DNA from: Lama guanicoe
Taxonomy: Eukaryota
NCBI GenBank assembly: GCA_013239625.1
Contig: MU053881.1
Location: forward strand, 4,919,957-4,983,956
Direction of reading: 5' to 3'
Length of the DNA stretch: 64,000 nucleotides
The notes under the pieces were generated by a model that made no database searches, was not told the origin of the DNA, and saw nothing but the letters and a program-made list of their open reading frames with translations. The position numbers and the translations under genes were made by a program. This document shows, piece by piece, positions 60,525 through 64,000 of the stretch (position 1 is the first letter of the stretch; every line of letters begins with the position of its first letter).

Positions 60525-62689
60525 CTAAGGGAAAATACAAGACATTCCTTGAACTAGGATGGTCATCACAGGACTAGTCCTGAGAGTAAGAAAGTTATCA
60601 TCACTGTATACCTAAAACTAACACGATGTTATATGTCAATTATAGTTCAATTAAAAAAAATGCATATATATAATTACCCTCAAGATCTAAATAGAGAAGA
60701 ATGGTAAGAGAAATTACACTGAGATTCTCATGCAACCACCTAAAGTCTGTTTCAAGAAATAATCCATGACCTAGGAAGATGCTCAAGATATGATCTCCTG
60801 AGAAAAAAGACTACAAAGCTACATATAGAATATAGCCTGAATCTTGTGTGTGCATGTTTCATATATATGGCATAGAACACAATGAAATGAAAATAAATCC
60901 AAATGTCAATCATGGTTGCCATTGGGCAGGAAGCAGAATTACAGATGGCTATTTTAAAATGTATATTCTTCCAAATTTCAACATTTGTACAATTAATTCA
61001 AATATCTTATAATCAGAAAAAAATTAAAATGCTAAGTTACAATCTCGTGGGCTATTTTTGCATACTAAAAATCTGCTCACACTCCAGTTCTATTCAAAAA
61101 CCAACTCAACTGTGGTTTCCCTAAAGGCAAGAGCCCATTAAACAGCAGCCATAATATAAATGATGTTAACCAATACACAGAGAGAAAATATCACATAGAA
61201 AGAACTGGAAAATCTCAATACAGCTAGAATGTCTACCTAGGTTGTTCAGCTTACTCACCAAGGCGATGTTCAGGCTGAAAAGACAACAGCCAAGCACACT
61301 TCAGTGAAAATCCACCACAGTCCACATGAACAGAGATTCTCACGTGGAAAAAATTCTCTGAAAAAGCCCCTATTAACAATCATCAAGACTGAAGAAAGCT
61401 GTTAATAAAACAAGTCAAAGGAACACCCGTGATAGAGCAGTGGACAGACTAGCAAGGAGGGAGACGGGCTGAGACTAAGTGGGCTGGACTGGAAAGGTGA
61501 GGGAGGAGAGGCAAGGATGACATCCAGAGTCTGGCTGGGCACCTGGATGGATGGATATGCCTTCCCCAGAGATGGCAATTCAAAGCCTGATTTCACTTAG
61601 GGAGCTGGTGGTGAGAGAAGAGAGCAGAATGTAGAAATATGGAAGAAAAAAAAAAGTCAACATTTTGGAAGAGCTTGCCAAAGAGACTGAAGCAGCCAGA
61701 GAAAATGGGAAACCAGAGGAGTGTGGTGTTACAGGAGCCAAGAGAAGGTCAAATGTCGTGAATGGTCAACTACTGGAGGGGTAAAGTAACAGATGTGACA
61801 AGCTGGTCGCTGGTGGTCATGGCCAGAGTGCTTTTGGTGGAGCAGTGGGATGGAAGCCGTTTCCACTAGGCGATGAGTTCACCAGAGGTGAGAAGGCGAA
61901 GGTGAAAAAAGAGACCCAAGCATCTCGGGTCTGAAGAGGATGAGAGAGAGGACATGTGCTCAAGGGAGATGTTAGTTAAGGGACTTTTTTTTTAATTTTT
62001 AAAGAGGAGGAAACATGAATGTGCTTAAATGCTGGTGAGAAGGAACAAGTTTGGAGGAAGAGGTAAACTGCAGAGAAAGGGGCTAATGGACAGAAGGATC
62101 TCAGGAGGGGAGAAGAGTGGTGGGTGTCACATACCAGGGCAGAGGGATACCTTTAGATAGAAACAGGGATTTCACTTCCTCTGTAACAGGAGAGGACGAA
62201 GGCAGGAGGGTGGAACTCAGGTAAACCAGAGGGCTGGAACAGGAGCTCTGGAAGTTCCTGGATGATGGGTTTCGTTTCCTCTATCAAGCAGGGGGAATAG
62301 TCAACCGCTCAGAAAAAGCAGTAGGGGAGATTCAGAAGCTCCCAAGAGAGAAAAGGCAGTTTTAACAAACCTAATTGTGACTGTTTTATTCTCCTGGCGG
62401 ACAAGTGCTTACCCAGTATGGCTTTTGGAGTTAGAGACCTGAATTCCCAGCTCAGGCGCTCATTTTCTATACTATTTCTTTATGACTTAAACTAAGTTTC
62501 ATTTTCTTCATATCTAAAGAGAACAGTTCATATTCCGCCCTCAAAAATGGCAGCTCCGTCTCCCTGCCCTCTTTTTCTTTAGCTCACCGTCCAGTTCCAT
62601 CTAATCCATAGATTTTCATTCATTCAGTATTGACTGTGCCCTCGTTGTGTGCCCTCAGGCTCTGCACTGAGGTCTGGCAACAAAAGAAG

Positions 62690-64000
62690 TTCTCTGGCCT
62701 CCTGGACCTCAGTTTGATGGGTAGCAAGTAGTTAATAGGTAAACAGGCAAATATATGAGCACTAACTGGGAGAGGGCAGATGGTGATTAAAAACGGGTCT
62801 ACGTCGTATCAGGGTGTTGACTACGTGGTTTTATATCTGGCAAAACTCACCTGTGCATTCTACTGTACATAAATTATGCCTCGGTTGAAAAAAAAAGAAG
62901 AGATATCAAATTGTGTTCCTTGCTATGAAAGAAAAATAAACGATGCTATGCTAAAACATAGCTTAACTATCTGGGAACGCTTTTCTGAGGAGCCAACATT
63001 TAAGATAAGACCTCAAAAATGAGGAGTTAGCCAGGTAAAGAGGAGAAGAGCACTCCAGGCAGAGGGAGCACCCTGGACAAAGACCCAGAGGGTGCATTTA
63101 AGGACCCGAAAGGCCAGTGTGTTGGAAGTACAGAGCATGTGGGGGACAGTGAGATGAGAAGAGGTCAGGGAATTAGACCAGAACTGGATCACATGGGGCC
63201 TTGTCAATGATTTAGATTTTATAATTAGCACGTCAGGCACCACCGATAGGATCTGATTTGCAAATAATGCCACTCTGTGGAGGATGGACTAGGGTAAGAG
63301 GGGAAGCTGGAGATGCTGTAAATGAAAATGGAAATATAAAAAAGTGGTCAGAGTCAAGACTTATTTTGGAGGTAGAATCAATAAGAGTTAGTGACAGATT
63401 AGAAAAGAAGGGTTAGGGGAAGTTGTTAATAATAATTTAAAGGTTGATAGCATGCGCAAGTGGGGAGATAGAAGTGTCACTTACTGAGGTGGGAGAGATG
63501 GGAGGAGAATCAGATTTTAGAGGCAGTGAGAGTGTCAGGATCAAGAGGACCCTTGCATGAGAAGCTTGAGATGTCCGTGAGACAGCCAAATAAAGATGTT
63601 CAGCAGGCAGTTAGAGCTACAGGGCCGAGGTCAGAAAGATGGTTTGGACCGGAATATACAACAGGGAGGTGTTAGCACAGGGCAGACATTTAAAGCTCTG
63701 GGAATACATATTATCATCGAGGTGGACAATGTAGGCAAGACAATGGAAGACCGGGTGCCGGCCCCGACCAACTGCAGCAGTCAGGGACCAGACAGAGGAG
63801 AAACGGCTTGCAAGGGAGTCTGAGGAGTCAGAAGTAAACTGTGAACCTAAACAGAGAGACTATTTCAAGAAGGAAGGTGGTGACACATATGCAAAGTGCT
63901 GCTGAAAAAGTCAAGGACGGTGAGACCAAGATGTGCCCACTGAATTTAGTCACCAAGAGGCTACTGGTGATCTCAGCCAAAAGCAGTTTCTATAAAGTGC
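62690..64000 (+). mobile_element. LINE-2 relic
   Basis: Purine-rich, with L2 motifs (GGCCAGTGTGTTGGAA, GATCACATGGGGCCTTGT, TTTTGGAGGTAGAATCAATAAGA, CAAAGTGCTGCTGAAAAAGTCAAG). Confidence 0.7.

Noticed and set aside
60230..60557. ORFs 60230..60424, 60245..60460 and 60312..60557 in the supplied track
   Set aside because: They are antisense or out-of-frame shadows of the RPL26L1 exon, not independent genes.
60525..64000. Search for the RPL26L1 first coding exon (MKFNPFVTSDRSKNRKRHF...)
   Set aside because: Not recognisable here. The region is mostly L2/L1 relics and the exon probably lies beyond the window edge, so its absence is not evidence of deletion.

Overview
Mammalian genomic DNA, very probably a camelid (Camelus/Vicugna), judging by several copies of a camelid-type tRNA-derived SINE. 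It is syntenic with the human 5q35.1 block RPL26L1-ATP6V0E1-CREBRF, and all three genes read on the minus strand. The window holds: (i) the CpG-island promoter, non-coding exon 1 and part of intron 1 of CREBRF (about 1-10.4 kb); (ii) a complete, intact 4-exon ATP6V0E1 gene (81 aa V-ATPase subunit e1, about 23.2-52.75 kb); (iii) the last two exons of RPL26L1 (about 59.4-60.5 kb). RPL26L1 looks inactivated: it has an in-frame TGA, a GT>GA splice-donor loss, a codon deletion and no nearby poly(A) signal. The rest is intron and intergenic DNA rich in L1, L2, MIR, hAT and LTR relics. The most notable observations are the apparent unitary RPL26L1 pseudogene, a U6 snRNA-L1 chimeric retrocopy, a strong-Kozak 15-codon uORF in CREBRF exon 1, a shared E-box/CLEAR-GTCACGCG-ETS promoter layout in ATP6V0E1 and CREBRF, a candidate TATA-driven internal CREBRF promoter, and two local rearrangements at 40.3-41.9 kb. 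I found no evidence of a wholly new multi-gene system. Almost all ORFs in the supplied track are spurious. Gene and repeat-family identities come from my recall of orthologous or consensus sequences, not from a database search.
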